Part shown: in pieces, positions 1-9,502 of the stretch
Position numbering within the stretch: the first letter of the stretch is position 1
How the letters are laid out: each line of letters begins with the position of its first letter
Virus record (IMG/VR): IMGVR_UViG_3300020045_004347
Location: 1 to 44,788 of that record
DNA from: a virus
Lineage: Duplodnaviria > Caudoviricetes
Direction: 5' to 3' (one strand)
DNA: 44,788 nucleotides
Made by a program: the position numbers and the translations under genes
The notes under the pieces: generated by a model
Told to the model about the DNA's origin: nothing
Databases searched by the model: none
The model's input: the letters and a program-made list of their open reading frames with translations, nothing else

Positions 1-121
1 ACCCCGCGTAAGGACTAGCGCCTTCCAGTGCGTAGTTCATAGCGTCTGTAAGTGACACACCAAGCGTATCCCCTCCATTCGAGTCTATCGCCGTACCGTG
101 CCATGTTTTCATGTACGCAGG
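1..121. repeat. Terminal direct repeat, copy 1 (probably assembly overlap of a circular contig)
   Basis: 1-121 is identical to 44668-44788 and lies inside a coding sequence. Confidence 0.95.
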
Positions 122-163
122 GTAATCAACCGCCCCGCTAGCGCTACCGCCACCACCGCTCAT
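1..163 (-). CDS. 5' part of DNA-ejection/internal virion protein that spans the contig join
   Basis: ATG at 163 after AAGGAG SD gives MSGGGGSASGAVDYPAYMKTWHG, in frame with ORF 43913..44779. Confidence 0.85.
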   Translation of the reverse strand, partial: MSGGGGSASGAVDYPAYMKTWHGTAIDSNGGDTLGVSLTDAMNYALEGASPYAG

Positions 164-164
164 A

Positions 165-608
165 TCATAACTCCTTTCGCATGAAGGTACTTAGTTCAAA
201 GCCAAGAGTCTTGCAGAGTTCAATCATCCTTGGTATCTTAGAGTAAGCACTAACGTCGCGGCATTTCTGTACATGCGCGTAGTCAACCAACTTCCGAAGC
301 CCAGATGCCCAGACAGTGTTTGGTATATCCCTCGTCTCGTACACAGCGTAAACAAGGAGTGAGCGTGTCTCGCTAATAGGATCGCGATAAACTGTTGTAA
401 GCATAAAGCCGTAGATTGAGTTTGCGCTGAGGTCACGCGGATCTTCAACCCCTAACCAAAGTTGCATATCTTCACAGAGAAGAGAACGTAGTATCTTCTG
501 GAGAGTTTCATTACTAACCTCAGCAGTTGGCACAAGCATCTCCCCAATACCAGGTCTTACATACTCCCAAATATCAGCTATTTGGGTTGGTGCTAGTCTT
601 ATAATCAC
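165..608 (-). CDS. GNAT-fold virion assembly protein (P22 gp14/T7 gp13-like position)
   Basis: 147 aa; lies between the tail hub and ejection genes; QLWLG..YGFMLT..LLVY..LVDYA pattern. Confidence 0.55.
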   Translation of the reverse strand: MIIRLAPTQIADIWEYVRPGIGEMLVPTAEVSNETLQKILRSLLCEDMQLWLGVEDPRDLSANSIYGFMLTTVYRDPISETRSLLVYAVYETRDIPNTVWASGLRKLVDYAHVQKCRDVSAYSKIPRMIELCKTLGFELSTFMRKEL

Positions 609-1867
609 AGGGCAACTCCTTGGCCGAAGCGGCCATCTACGTTTATAGTTTGGATATTTAGCTCATTGAGGTTGAAGGCGGCTTGATCCGCCTTAATGCA
701 GATTTTAAACTTCTCACCGGTTATGAAAGGCTTTACGGCGTTGAGCGAGTTGATCGGAATCTCTACGCTGGTGTTACTACCCACCCTGAGGAATACCTTT
801 ACGTTAGTGCCAGCTAGTAAGCCCAGCATTACCTCCGAGATCTGCTTAAGTCCGGCTACTCCGAAGTTAATCCAATCAGTTTCGAGTTGAGGTCCGCCTA
901 AAGTGCGAGTCTCCGAGGTTACAGTGTGGAACTTAGTAACGGAGTCGAACCTCAAGTTCGTGCAAGACAAACCGAACTGATCCAGCACATAGGTCTTATC
1001 GGCGTATGTTAAGTAACACTCCCGCTTGTTGGAGTTGTAACTCATACTGAGCGGGACCTCGGCGAAGTATTGGCTGTAGTCAAGCAGCGTCGGGGCTTTC
1101 ACCTTTTCCGTTAGGCTATTCTGGGCTTGTAACTTCCACAACTGCCCATCGGCATCGCGCAAGATATGTTCGAACTTATCCCCTGCTATACAGCATTCGT
1201 TATCTAGCGGGACGCGCAGTAAAGTCGTATGTCCAAATGTACTTCCAGCTGGGTGCATCTGATGAACACCGTTATCTGCGTAAGCTATAGTATTAGCGCC
1301 GAGTTGCTTAACTGCGAAAACGTTTCCCAGTTCGATATCCCTATAACCTGCTTCGTTATCAATCCCAACTGTGAAGTCAATACTCCCAATCTTCGACCAA
1401 GCAACGCAGTTGGTGGTTGGGTAGCCAGCTATAACGGCCTGCCCATTACACTCGCACACCCCCAATCCCTGTGGAATAAACCCAACAACTGTTTGGCCAT
1501 CCCCACCTACTAGGCTAAACACACCATCTGCATCGCACATCAGAGTAGATAGACCGTTGCTAAGGATTGCGAACATGCCAAAATCTGCGCAACTCCACCT
1601 ACGTGTGCCCGCCGCGAAAGTTAGTAACTCCGCAAAACTGGAGTCATAGAGTTTAGTTGCTGAGAGATGTACCTCAGTAGAACCGACGGTAAAACTCTGC
1701 ACAACTTCTGGAGCGAGTATCGGCGTGGGTAGGCGGCCAAGACCAATCCCAACTCCATTAACACACCTACAGTTCTGCAGGAGAGCCCAGTAAGTAGAGT
1801 TTAGGTCTGGGGAAGGCTCCATGCCTTTCTTGCAGAGTTCCTTAAGTGGGAAAAGTCGCTGTCGCAT
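605..1867 (-). CDS. Tail hub/nozzle protein (P22 gp10/T7 gp12-like)
   Basis: 420 aa, beta-rich; AWSKIGSIDF and LETDWINFG motifs; gene position. Confidence 0.6.
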   Translation of the reverse strand: MRQRLFPLKELCKKGMEPSPDLNSTYWALLQNCRCVNGVGIGLGRLPTPILAPEVVQSFTVGSTEVHLSATKLYDSSFAELLTFAAGTRRWSCADFGMFAILSNGLSTLMCDADGVFSLVGGDGQTVVGFIPQGLGVCECNGQAVIAGYPTTNCVAWSKIGSIDFTVGIDNEAGYRDIELGNVFAVKQLGANTIAYADNGVHQMHPAGSTFGHTTLLRVPLDNECCIAGDKFEHILRDADGQLWKLQAQNSLTEKVKAPTLLDYSQYFAEVPLSMSYNSNKRECYLTYADKTYVLDQFGLSCTNLRFDSVTKFHTVTSETRTLGGPQLETDWINFGVAGLKQISEVMLGLLAGTNVKVFLRVGSNTSVEIPINSLNAVKPFITGEKFKICIKADQAAFNLNELNIQTINVDGRFGQGVAL

Positions 1868-2283
1868 TAGGCACCCTCAGTCGGAATAAACGTATACCCT
1901 ACATGACCATCTATAATAGGTAAAGAGAAGGAAATACTTAGCTTGGTGAAGGCTTCTACCGATAGTGTTTCAGATATCTTTGTAAGTCCCTTCTTTACAT
2001 TAAACCGTTTCGTAGTTAGTGTATCCCCACAAGTTAGCTGCAAGATCAGTTCTGTGTCTTTCTCGCAGCTTGTTACGTCCGCCGCGAGGTTTCCGATAGT
2101 ACCAGCTACCGTAAAGAAGCCCTTACCTAACTCAGTCTGATCGAGGCAGACGCAGAACGGAGCAGCGAACTGCACACGCGTAACCTCCTTGCGAGGTCTC
2201 CCGTATATAGCGGAAAGGTGGCTATCTATACTAGCGATCTGCTCGTTTATATCCCGGCCAAGCACATGGGTTAATTCCCGCAT
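1867..2283 (-). CDS. Hypothetical virion protein
   Basis: 138 aa ORF coupled to neighbours in the structural operon. Confidence 0.65.
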   Translation of the reverse strand: MRELTHVLGRDINEQIASIDSHLSAIYGRPRKEVTRVQFAAPFCVCLDQTELGKGFFTVAGTIGNLAADVTSCEKDTELILQLTCGDTLTTKRFNVKKGLTKISETLSVEAFTKLSISFSLPIIDGHVGYTFIPTEGA

Positions 2284-2624
2284 AGAGGCGCCCCTTTCAA
2301 GTTAGCTAACTTCTGTTGAATAAGTGGAACACTCTTCTCCAGTAGCTCATCAAACATCAACTCAGGATGCTCGAACTCAAACTGTTGCACGGTGCTAATC
2401 ACTACGTCCTTGTGTTCCTTGAACTCAGGATACTTAGTGAGGAACTCGCCCAGAAACTTATTGATTGCATCTACCTTGCGTGCGAGCTTATTAACCATAC
2501 CAGGGATGTGGCAAAGTGCCTGCTCAATAGCCTTGTTATAAACTCTATTAAGCACTTCATGTAGTACGGCTCGATCACCGCCAGCAGTTATTGCAAGGAA
2601 TTCCTCTTCCGTTGTCCACTCCAT
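2271..2624 (-). CDS. Helical protein paralogous to the scaffold C-terminal region
   Basis: Aligns by eye with residues ~165-250 of 9503..10420. Confidence 0.65.
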   Translation of the reverse strand: MEWTTEEEFLAITAGGDRAVLHEVLNRVYNKAIEQALCHIPGMVNKLARKVDAINKFLGEFLTKYPEFKEHKDVVISTVQQFEFEHPELMFDELLEKSVPLIQQKLANLKGAPLCGN

Positions 2625-2625
2625 A

Positions 2626-3315
2626 CTAACCCCCCAAGATCAAATTCTGGTTACTCAACTCAAGTTCAATACGATCATTCGCCAGCTCGTTAAGCTCCAG
2701 CGATATAGTTGCGAGTGCTTCTCTAGCCCCCATGGTGTTCCTGCAATCTACATCAATCTTATACATAGCTGCGGATATGACCAAGTCAGGTTGCTGGGCG
2801 GCCCAGTAGTTATCTGTTTGCGTAACCGAGAGTGCGGGAGAATAGAAGTTACCTAGCACCTCTAAGATATACTCCCTATCTGGAGTAGGCCACAAGCGAA
2901 GCCCATTTGGTGTGAACGAACTATCTACAGTAAATTCACCTAAGTTAGCGTAATACTCGGACATAGCGATAGTAGTATTATCCGACACCAGTACTGGGAT
3001 AAGAGCATACTCTGCGGGGCAACCTGCTAAAACTGCCGCATTTCGTATAGCCGTTAGCGTTGTTAGTGTTAACTGCGTGGCATCTGTATCTGTATGAATC
3101 CAGATATCCAAGATATTCCTAGCGTGCGCCGGCAATATAACAGTACGATCCCCAGCGTTTAACTTCGTAAAGTGCCACTTTGGTATATTGATACTACCAG
3201 ATAACTCATCAAGCAACTTAATGCCATTATTTATATAATCAGTTAGCGTAGGTGTGTCTAAATCTAAGCGGCCCGATACAGAAGTTAAACGGGTTTGTAA
3301 CTCTGTTAAATGCAT
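2626..3315 (-). CDS. Head-tail adaptor / tail tubular protein A
   Basis: LTDYINNG, GCPAEY, LRLWPTPDREY and PDLVISAAM motifs typical of podovirus adaptors. Confidence 0.7.
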   Translation of the reverse strand: MHLTELQTRLTSVSGRLDLDTPTLTDYINNGIKLLDELSGSINIPKWHFTKLNAGDRTVILPAHARNILDIWIHTDTDATQLTLTTLTAIRNAAVLAGCPAEYALIPVLVSDNTTIAMSEYYANLGEFTVDSSFTPNGLRLWPTPDREYILEVLGNFYSPALSVTQTDNYWAAQQPDLVISAAMYKIDVDCRNTMGAREALATISLELNELANDRIELELSNQNLILGG

Positions 3316-3342
3316 ATATCCCCCGCGTATATCGTATTTTAT

Positions 3343-5835
3343 TTAATCGAATAATTCAGGCAAATCAATCCGCACTCGCGCCACCATTGCCGCCACTCCG
3401 GTATCGTTAGGGTGTAGCGCGTCGGTAAATTTAGCCGTGTCTCTCGTCACTCCGTCGGAGTCCACTGTTAACGCCCTGTCGAATCGTATAACACGATACC
3501 CTGCGCTGACGATACCAGCATTGACAGCAGCGGCAAAATCGGGGTAATCATCTATAGGGCATAGTGTGCATACTACTGGGATAACACCACGGCTCTCTAC
3601 CATAGCGACGACTTTAGCCAGAGAGGCCAGCCATGTCGCCGTGTTGACAGCGTAATCATTTGTACCGATGTAAATAATAGCATACGTGAAATCGGTCAGC
3701 GATAAGTCGCTGTGAACCCGCGTCAACATCCCCGCCAATGTATCACCGCTGACGCCACTATGAACCCCGCCGACTTCTGCACAAATATCTATCGCATAAC
3801 CTGTAGTCGCTCCGCTTCCCTCTGTAATTGAATCACCAAAGATAATGACTTTAGGTGCGTCAACGGGGCATAAGTACTGCATTTTACGAACCCTGACCAC
3901 CCCCGCCAGCGCGGCAACGCATGGAGCGCCGCTGATTCTGCCACCATGCCCACCTGTCATTGGCTGCCATGTCCATCCTTCCGAAACTCCCGTCACAGGG
4001 TCGGTAATTGATACAGTGCATGTTTTCCCGTCTCTGGTAAGGTCAACAACATACTCAACGCCAGCCGTTAGTGTAAATGCCGGTGTTTTCGTCTGCCAGA
4101 CTGCCGGTACTGTAGTTGGAGCGCTCCCAGTAAAAACCTCGTGTACGTTTATGGCGTTTGTTGCAACATCAAGGCTGACCATCGTGCCTACTCCGGAAGT
4201 CCCGCCCGTGTTTGGGTAGGTGTAGACTGCGAGACTGGCGCCTGTTCCGGGGGTCGCCCATATTCTATATGTGATATTAGAATAATACGTGCCTCTAAAA
4301 TACCCCATTGAGTTAGCTAATCCGGTACCGCTGCTCTGTGCCTGCCCGTCAACTAATGACCATGTTGTGGGGGCTGTGGTGAGCTGCATGTTGAAATTCA
4401 TGCCCGGTGCAACAGTATCAAACAAGCGGTCAACGATGTAATTTTTGGCAGGGTAGATATTTGGTTGTTTAGTTGTTACCTGTAGCATTCCTGGAAGAGT
4501 GTACCCAAGTTCAAAATATTTTACAGGATGTGACGTTAATTCGTACCCAACCGAACCCAGAATTCCGCCTGTTGGGATAGCGTTTTCGTAAGGATCGATT
4601 CTTAACTCTCCCGCCAAAACTACATATCCAAGCATTCCGCCGGTAGGGATGATGACCCCTGTTTGAAAATCAAGTCCCGCTGTTTTTGTTGTTACGCCAG
4701 AACCGAACTCCGTTAAAAAATTCCTCGTGACTGTAATAACACCAGTGCTTGCAACCTCAAATACCAAAAAATTTACAATAGCGTAATCGGTGCATTTGGC
4801 ACTTACGCTAACTATTTCAGCATCTCTCAGCACGGGAGTTGAATAAATCACAACAGAACCATTCTCTGCATTTCTATCATCTAATGCAGAGTCTACAGGT
4901 AATCCTAAAGTTAATGAATGCGGCTCATAATCGTTTATCGTGTAGCGACCAACAGGGCTATAAGCAATCTCTGCGATAAACTGCAACTGAGTGGTACTGC
5001 CATAGTCGGCTACAGTTAACAATGGGGTAGTTATGTCGTCACCTGACAACAGACTGTAGTTGGTGTATCCCGTGGGGGTAACAGATGCCAGATATGATAT
5101 TAATCCACCCGGGGTGTATATGCCGAGCACATCACCCTCATCGAAAAACATGGTCGGTACGGTTTCACCTGTGAACTCATTCAATCCGGCTGTGACTGCC
5201 ACATCAACGCTCTCAGCATAAACATATTCCTCGTTTGTACGTGTATAGCGTTTCAGTTTGAGAGTGCCAATTCCAAGCGAAAACACCGAAAACGTCTTTA
5301 ATACGCCAGCCGGTAGCGGATGCCCTACCATCACATAGGTTCCTGCCCCTGCGTTAGACCCCGTGAGGGTCGATCTACCAACAGCATAAATTTTATCCCA
5401 TGTATCGTATTGATAAATTCCTGATAACCTACCTGCTGCGGCGGCTGCAATAGCAGCATTTACCTCTAATAGTGCAGCATCTATCTCCACAAGGGCAGCA
5501 TCAACAGCAGCCAAAGCAGCAGGCAACGCAGAGGACACATCCGCAATACTTGCCTTTAGTGCGGCTTCAATATCAGGTGTTGTGCGTATAGGATTAGCAG
5601 CATTGTAAACAGTTACTCCGCTTGGTAATGTCACAGTGATAGAATAGCTCCCATAGGCAATGGAGCCACCTTTTACTAAAACTATTTCCCTGTCAGTAAC
5701 GATATAGCTCTGCGTTAAGATTTGAGCTGTTGTGATAACAATAGTCATACCCGCCACGTTTGCGGCTAATAGCGCATCAGAGAGAGTAGTTTTTATTCCA
5801 TAAGTTCCGTTCGGTGTAAAATATAAAACAGACAT
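3343..5835 (-). CDS. Tail fibre/spike with C-terminal SGNH/GDSL esterase
   Basis: FGDSIT, GVSG, IGTND and DALHP blocks; N-terminal anchor, Ala-rich coil and beta-sandwich middle. Confidence 0.8.
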   Translation of the reverse strand: MSVLYFTPNGTYGIKTTLSDALLAANVAGMTIVITTAQILTQSYIVTDREIVLVKGGSIAYGSYSITVTLPSGVTVYNAANPIRTTPDIEAALKASIADVSSALPAALAAVDAALVEIDAALLEVNAAIAAAAAGRLSGIYQYDTWDKIYAVGRSTLTGSNAGAGTYVMVGHPLPAGVLKTFSVFSLGIGTLKLKRYTRTNEEYVYAESVDVAVTAGLNEFTGETVPTMFFDEGDVLGIYTPGGLISYLASVTPTGYTNYSLLSGDDITTPLLTVADYGSTTQLQFIAEIAYSPVGRYTINDYEPHSLTLGLPVDSALDDRNAENGSVVIYSTPVLRDAEIVSVSAKCTDYAIVNFLVFEVASTGVITVTRNFLTEFGSGVTTKTAGLDFQTGVIIPTGGMLGYVVLAGELRIDPYENAIPTGGILGSVGYELTSHPVKYFELGYTLPGMLQVTTKQPNIYPAKNYIVDRLFDTVAPGMNFNMQLTTAPTTWSLVDGQAQSSGTGLANSMGYFRGTYYSNITYRIWATPGTGASLAVYTYPNTGGTSGVGTMVSLDVATNAINVHEVFTGSAPTTVPAVWQTKTPAFTLTAGVEYVVDLTRDGKTCTVSITDPVTGVSEGWTWQPMTGGHGGRISGAPCVAALAGVVRVRKMQYLCPVDAPKVIIFGDSITEGSGATTGYAIDICAEVGGVHSGVSGDTLAGMLTRVHSDLSLTDFTYAIIYIGTNDYAVNTATWLASLAKVVAMVESRGVIPVVCTLCPIDDYPDFAAAVNAGIVSAGYRVIRFDRALTVDSDGVTRDTAKFTDALHPNDTGVAAMVARVRIDLPELFD

Positions 5836-5846
5836 GATTACTCCTT

Positions 5847-6578
5847 TTATTGTGCTCTGTAAGTAAAACTACCCCGTAATGTTACTGTTGCTCCGCTGGG
5901 TACATATGTCGTGCTTACTGCCGCTGGAGAAACGTTACTGCCGCTGCCTTGGAACTGGATGCGCGTGACATTTGGAGCAACGAGCGAGATAACATTGGTT
6001 TGACCTCCTGCCCCGAAATTTATCCCAGACCATTCCAGACTGCCAGTAGAGTAAAAATTAGCAGTACTCAGACTGGTAGCAGGTAGACCCGTTATGTATA
6101 ATGACCCTGATGCCGTTGTATATGTTGGGGTTGCATTGACCCTGTAGTGTGCAGTAACCAGCTTAATACCATTGATGATTAGCTGCTCATAAAACCCGCT
6201 CTGTTGCGTGTAGGAAACAGACACGTCACCAGGGGTTGAGAACGTCAGTACCGGTGTCCACGTAGATTCAGACATCGTGCCATCGATATACGCTGTAGTA
6301 GCTAATTTTGTGCTGTTATCTCCAACCGACTGAGTCGTCGCAGATGTGCCGTTCGGCAGTGCGGGAGTGCCGGATAGATTAGAAGCCGTGCCGGTAGTGT
6401 CCTGGTTCCACGTCGGTGCCGTCCCAGCGTTGGAATAGTCTGTGTTCATCTTCCCAGCAAGTCTTCCGACCACGGCAGTAGTGTATGCGCCAAAAGTAGG
6501 CTGCCCGACTAAAGTTACCGCTTCCGCCGTGCCACTAAGGATTAAATACATACCAATTAGGACAAAGTGCTTTAACAT
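5847..6578 (-). CDS. Tail-fibre-related protein with signal-peptide-like N-terminus
   Basis: TTQSVGDNSTKLATTAY and WTPVLTF..GSLYITGLP fibre motifs; hydrophobic leader ending AEA. Confidence 0.65.
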   Translation of the reverse strand: MLKHFVLIGMYLILSGTAEAVTLVGQPTFGAYTTAVVGRLAGKMNTDYSNAGTAPTWNQDTTGTASNLSGTPALPNGTSATTQSVGDNSTKLATTAYIDGTMSESTWTPVLTFSTPGDVSVSYTQQSGFYEQLIINGIKLVTAHYRVNATPTYTTASGSLYITGLPATSLSTANFYSTGSLEWSGINFGAGGQTNVISLVAPNVTRIQFQGSGSNVSPAAVSTTYVPSGATVTLRGSFTYRAQ

Positions 6579-6586
6579 AGCGTCTC

Positions 6587-7066
6587 CTACCGAATGTACC
6601 AGATATTATTATAGTACACAAAAGTTACGTGATCTCCATCTGTGTATAGTATATACGAAGCTAAACCCTTGATGGTTTTTCCTGCCGAGGGGAAAATAGT
6701 TAAAACATTAGCTGTATTATCTGTTTTATACACCGTAGGATTCTTTTGGTTTAGGCTAAGTGTATATGTACAGGAACTGTTCCCAGAGCAGTTAATAAAA
6801 GTTGGCGGATTTATATTAGCGGTGGCACTTGATATATGACCAAATTTACCATAATCACTCGTAATGTTACCAGTTACATTACCAGTGTGCGTACCATAAC
6901 TACTACCGCTAATCGTAGTAAATCGAGCCGAGCGCCCAGTGAACTTAGAAGTCGCACTTCCCTTAAACTGATTCCCGCTAAATATGTCACTTACTATTGT
7001 ACCGGCATTGACTGCGCAAACTGTAACTGAAAGCATAAGCAAGCAGGTGCAGATTAAACGTAACAT
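6587..7066 (-). CDS. Virion fibre-like protein with signal-peptide-like N-terminus
   Basis: HTGNVTGNIT repeat; C-terminal domain resembles 7090..7506. Confidence 0.6.
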   Translation of the reverse strand: MLRLICTCLLMLSVTVCAVNAGTIVSDIFSGNQFKGSATSKFTGRSARFTTISGSSYGTHTGNVTGNITSDYGKFGHISSATANINPPTFINCSGNSSCTYTLSLNQKNPTVYKTDNTANVLTIFPSAGKTIKGLASYILYTDGDHVTFVYYNNIWYIR

Positions 7067-7089
7067 ACACAAACCCCCACGTTATTATT

Positions 7090-7506
7090 CTAGTTAAACT
7101 TATACCATTTACTAACACCATCGCTAACAAAAACTGCGGATTCGCCCTCAAGGGTGAGGGGATAGTTAGTACTATTATCAATCGTATCCGCGCCTTGGCG
7201 CCAGACAGTAACGGTATTGCTAAGATCAGCGTCCGACTTCTTCACCTTAACGCTAAAGCCCTCGAAGACTGTGTTAGCCAAGGGTAAGCTAATAGATATA
7301 GCATTACCGGTAGCGTCAGCAATAACAGCAGAATCGGCGTCGGTGATAGTGTACGAGGCCGCAGACACTAGCGTAAAAGACGTTGTAGCTCCAAAGGCTG
7401 TAATAGCCGCGGCTAATGTATTAACTTGCGCGCGTACCTCACGAATAAAACTAGCGAATTGCGAAATGAGCGTACTGTCTGTGGGCTGCGTTGCGTCCAA
7501 TGGCAT
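7090..7506 (-). CDS. Virion/tail-associated protein
   Basis: LDATQP N-terminus; ISLPLA..VKKSD..VFVSDGVSKW beta domain common in phage fibres. Confidence 0.65.
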   Translation of the reverse strand: MPLDATQPTDSTLISQFASFIREVRAQVNTLAAAITAFGATTSFTLVSAASYTITDADSAVIADATGNAISISLPLANTVFEGFSVKVKKSDADLSNTVTVWRQGADTIDNSTNYPLTLEGESAVFVSDGVSKWYKFN

Positions 7507-7537
7507 GGAGTAACTCCTTTTTAATACAATATTAGTG

Positions 7538-7843
7538 TTAAGCTATAACTAACTCTTCCCACGCGCCATTCCGCCTAACGTAGTACTTACCGTCGCTCGG
7601 AGCGTCCGTTATATAACCACTAGTGGGATCCTCAGGAGTACCGTGTGTGTGATCTCCGCGAGCATACTCCAGTGAAACTCCTGGGCTAGCGGACTGCCCG
7701 AAAGCCGTTTCATCTACAACCGTGGCGCTGGCCTTATACATACCGTTATTAGCGATTAACTGCCGTGGATCAGCAAGTAACGGGCTATCGGCATCTATTA
7801 GAAATGGCCCCTCAGATCCGATTATATATTCTATATAGGCCAT
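7538..7843 (-). CDS. Small fibre protein with fibritin-foldon-like C-terminus
   Basis: GYITDAPSDGKYYVRRNGAWEEL resembles T4 foldon [30 protein letters not shown] motif. Confidence 0.7.
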   Translation of the reverse strand: MAYIEYIIGSEGPFLIDADSPLLADPRQLIANNGMYKASATVVDETAFGQSASPGVSLEYARGDHTHGTPEDPTSGYITDAPSDGKYYVRRNGAWEELVIA

Positions 7844-7857
7844 AACGCATTACTCCG

Positions 7858-8064
7858 CTAGCAGGATAAATCTATTTTACCAGAAACCAAGTCTGCCATC
7901 GCCTGCTTCTCATCTTCTTCTTCCTTCTGCATCTTCTTCATAGCGACCATCGCGGCGTCCTTACGCTTGGTATCCTTCATAATAGCAACACATTCTACCA
8001 TAGTACGTGCATCACACTCAGCTTCCCAACTACCGTTAGGGCTACAACAACAATCGCTACTCAT
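7858..8064 (-). CDS. Hypothetical protein
   Basis: 68 aa; AAGGAG SD; WEAECDARTM motif. Confidence 0.65.
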   Translation of the reverse strand: MSSDCCCSPNGSWEAECDARTMVECVAIMKDTKRKDAAMVAMKKMQKEEEDEKQAMADLVSGKIDLSC

Positions 8065-8103
8065 AGTAAGACTCCTTAGTTATTAGGTGAAAATCGCACA
8101 ATC

Positions 8104-8142
8104 AACTAAAGGGCAGGTTTGAAGTTATCTCCCCTACCCTTC
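8104..8142 (-). terminator. Probable weak intrinsic terminator after the capsid gene
   Basis: AAGGGTAGG..CCTGCCCTT stem followed by TAGTT on the minus strand. Confidence 0.45.
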
Positions 8143-8161
8143 ATACTTGGGAAAACGATTG

Positions 8162-9466
8162 CTAGGAAGCAGCGCCAGAACCAAGACCATTCAACACAGC
8201 GTGGCATTTCTCAAGACCGAGCTCAAGGCCGCACTCAGTGAGGTACTCAGACTTCTCACCATCGAGATCATTCGCCTGACGATTCGGCTTATACTGAGTA
8301 TCATCGACATAACGATAGGTGATCTTGTTAGTGTCGAGGATAGTCATCTCATTACGGGCTGAAGCATCCAGCGTGAACAGAGGGTGGTTTTTCAGCAGCA
8401 GGTTGCCGAAAGGTGACTTCAGTGTCTGCACATTAAAGCCGTAAGCCATTGTCTCCGGGGTGATAACAACACTCGTAGACCCCATGATCATCAGCATCTG
8501 CTGGATTGCGAGAATAACGCCAGAGCCGCAGAAGCCAATCTTCTCGGTGGAGCCGAAGCGGAATATCTCCTCCAGCCTCGACATCAACCAACGATAGGAC
8601 TGTGCAGCCTCGGCTGCGGTGAGGCACCAGTTAGTGTTGCCAACGCCAGTAGCTGCTCGGTAGTCCCACACGTTAGTGGTGATAGCTCCACGTATACCGG
8701 CAGTGAAGCGCAGCGGTTGTCCGTTCGCGCCAGTCGTAACATACTTCGCACCGTTGTTGAAAAATGCCCGCTCCATCTCGATGCTGTGCAGTTCGAGGCA
8801 TTCCTTCTTCGCCTGAGCGATGGCATCCCCAGTGCGAAGACGAGTCTTCTTAGCGGTACGAGTCGCCTCAAGGCTGTTGCGGAAAATCTGAGTGTAGTTA
8901 CTGACCTCAGTAGGGTCGTAGGCTATCGAAGTCCCAGAGGTATCACCTTCAGGATGGGCTGTCCCACCAGCTACGCAAGCTGTGTACGCAGAGGAAGCCA
9001 ACGAAGTGAAAGTACTGGAGATCAACTTACCAGTTACAAACGAACTGGCACCGTTCACAGTAGGCGCAGCATTGATGTACACCTGGAAACGGTTACTTGC
9101 GACTACACCGGACGCTGGTGCGCGTACTGTAACAACATGGCCGAGTTTGTAATTGGCTACATCTGCGGCACTCATCTTCAGCCAGACATCAGCCCCCTGG
9201 CTCTTCGAGGCAGCGCTCCAGGCTGTGGACAGGGCATCACTGTAAACACCGGTAATTGTAGCGTTCTGGTTCGGTAGTTCTTTTTCAAACCAGTGAAAGA
9301 TTGGATCATCCGTACTCTGAGACTTCATCAACGCCAGGAGTGCCGTCAGAGGCGCTGCTCCATTCGGGTAGAGAAGGAGCATCGACTCCCTCCAGTTCTC
9401 GGGGCGTCTTGCCAGAGTACCATCAGCGGAAAAACTTGTTGTACCTCTTAAACCTGTAACAGCCAT
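8162..9466 (-). CDS. Major capsid protein (DUF5309/SU10-like HK97 fold)
   Basis: APLTALL, FHWFE, NYTQIFRNSLEATRTA, EMERAFF, SPFGNL and ECGLEL motifs; follows the scaffold gene. Confidence 0.9.
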   Translation of the reverse strand: MAVTGLRGTTSFSADGTLARRPENWRESMLLLYPNGAAPLTALLALMKSQSTDDPIFHWFEKELPNQNATITGVYSDALSTAWSAASKSQGADVWLKMSAADVANYKLGHVVTVRAPASGVVASNRFQVYINAAPTVNGASSFVTGKLISSTFTSLASSAYTACVAGGTAHPEGDTSGTSIAYDPTEVSNYTQIFRNSLEATRTAKKTRLRTGDAIAQAKKECLELHSIEMERAFFNNGAKYVTTGANGQPLRFTAGIRGAITTNVWDYRAATGVGNTNWCLTAAEAAQSYRWLMSRLEEIFRFGSTEKIGFCGSGVILAIQQMLMIMGSTSVVITPETMAYGFNVQTLKSPFGNLLLKNHPLFTLDASARNEMTILDTNKITYRYVDDTQYKPNRQANDLDGEKSEYLTECGLELGLEKCHAVLNGLGSGAAS

Positions 9467-9502
9467 TTGGATCTCCTTTTTTACTGCGTAAGTGGGTTAG
9501 TG

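Noticed and set aside
1-121. 121 bp terminal repeat as a biological DTR
   Set aside because: It is exact, of k-mer-like length and splits a gene, so it is best explained as assembler overlap. The real ends may lie near 17040-17300.
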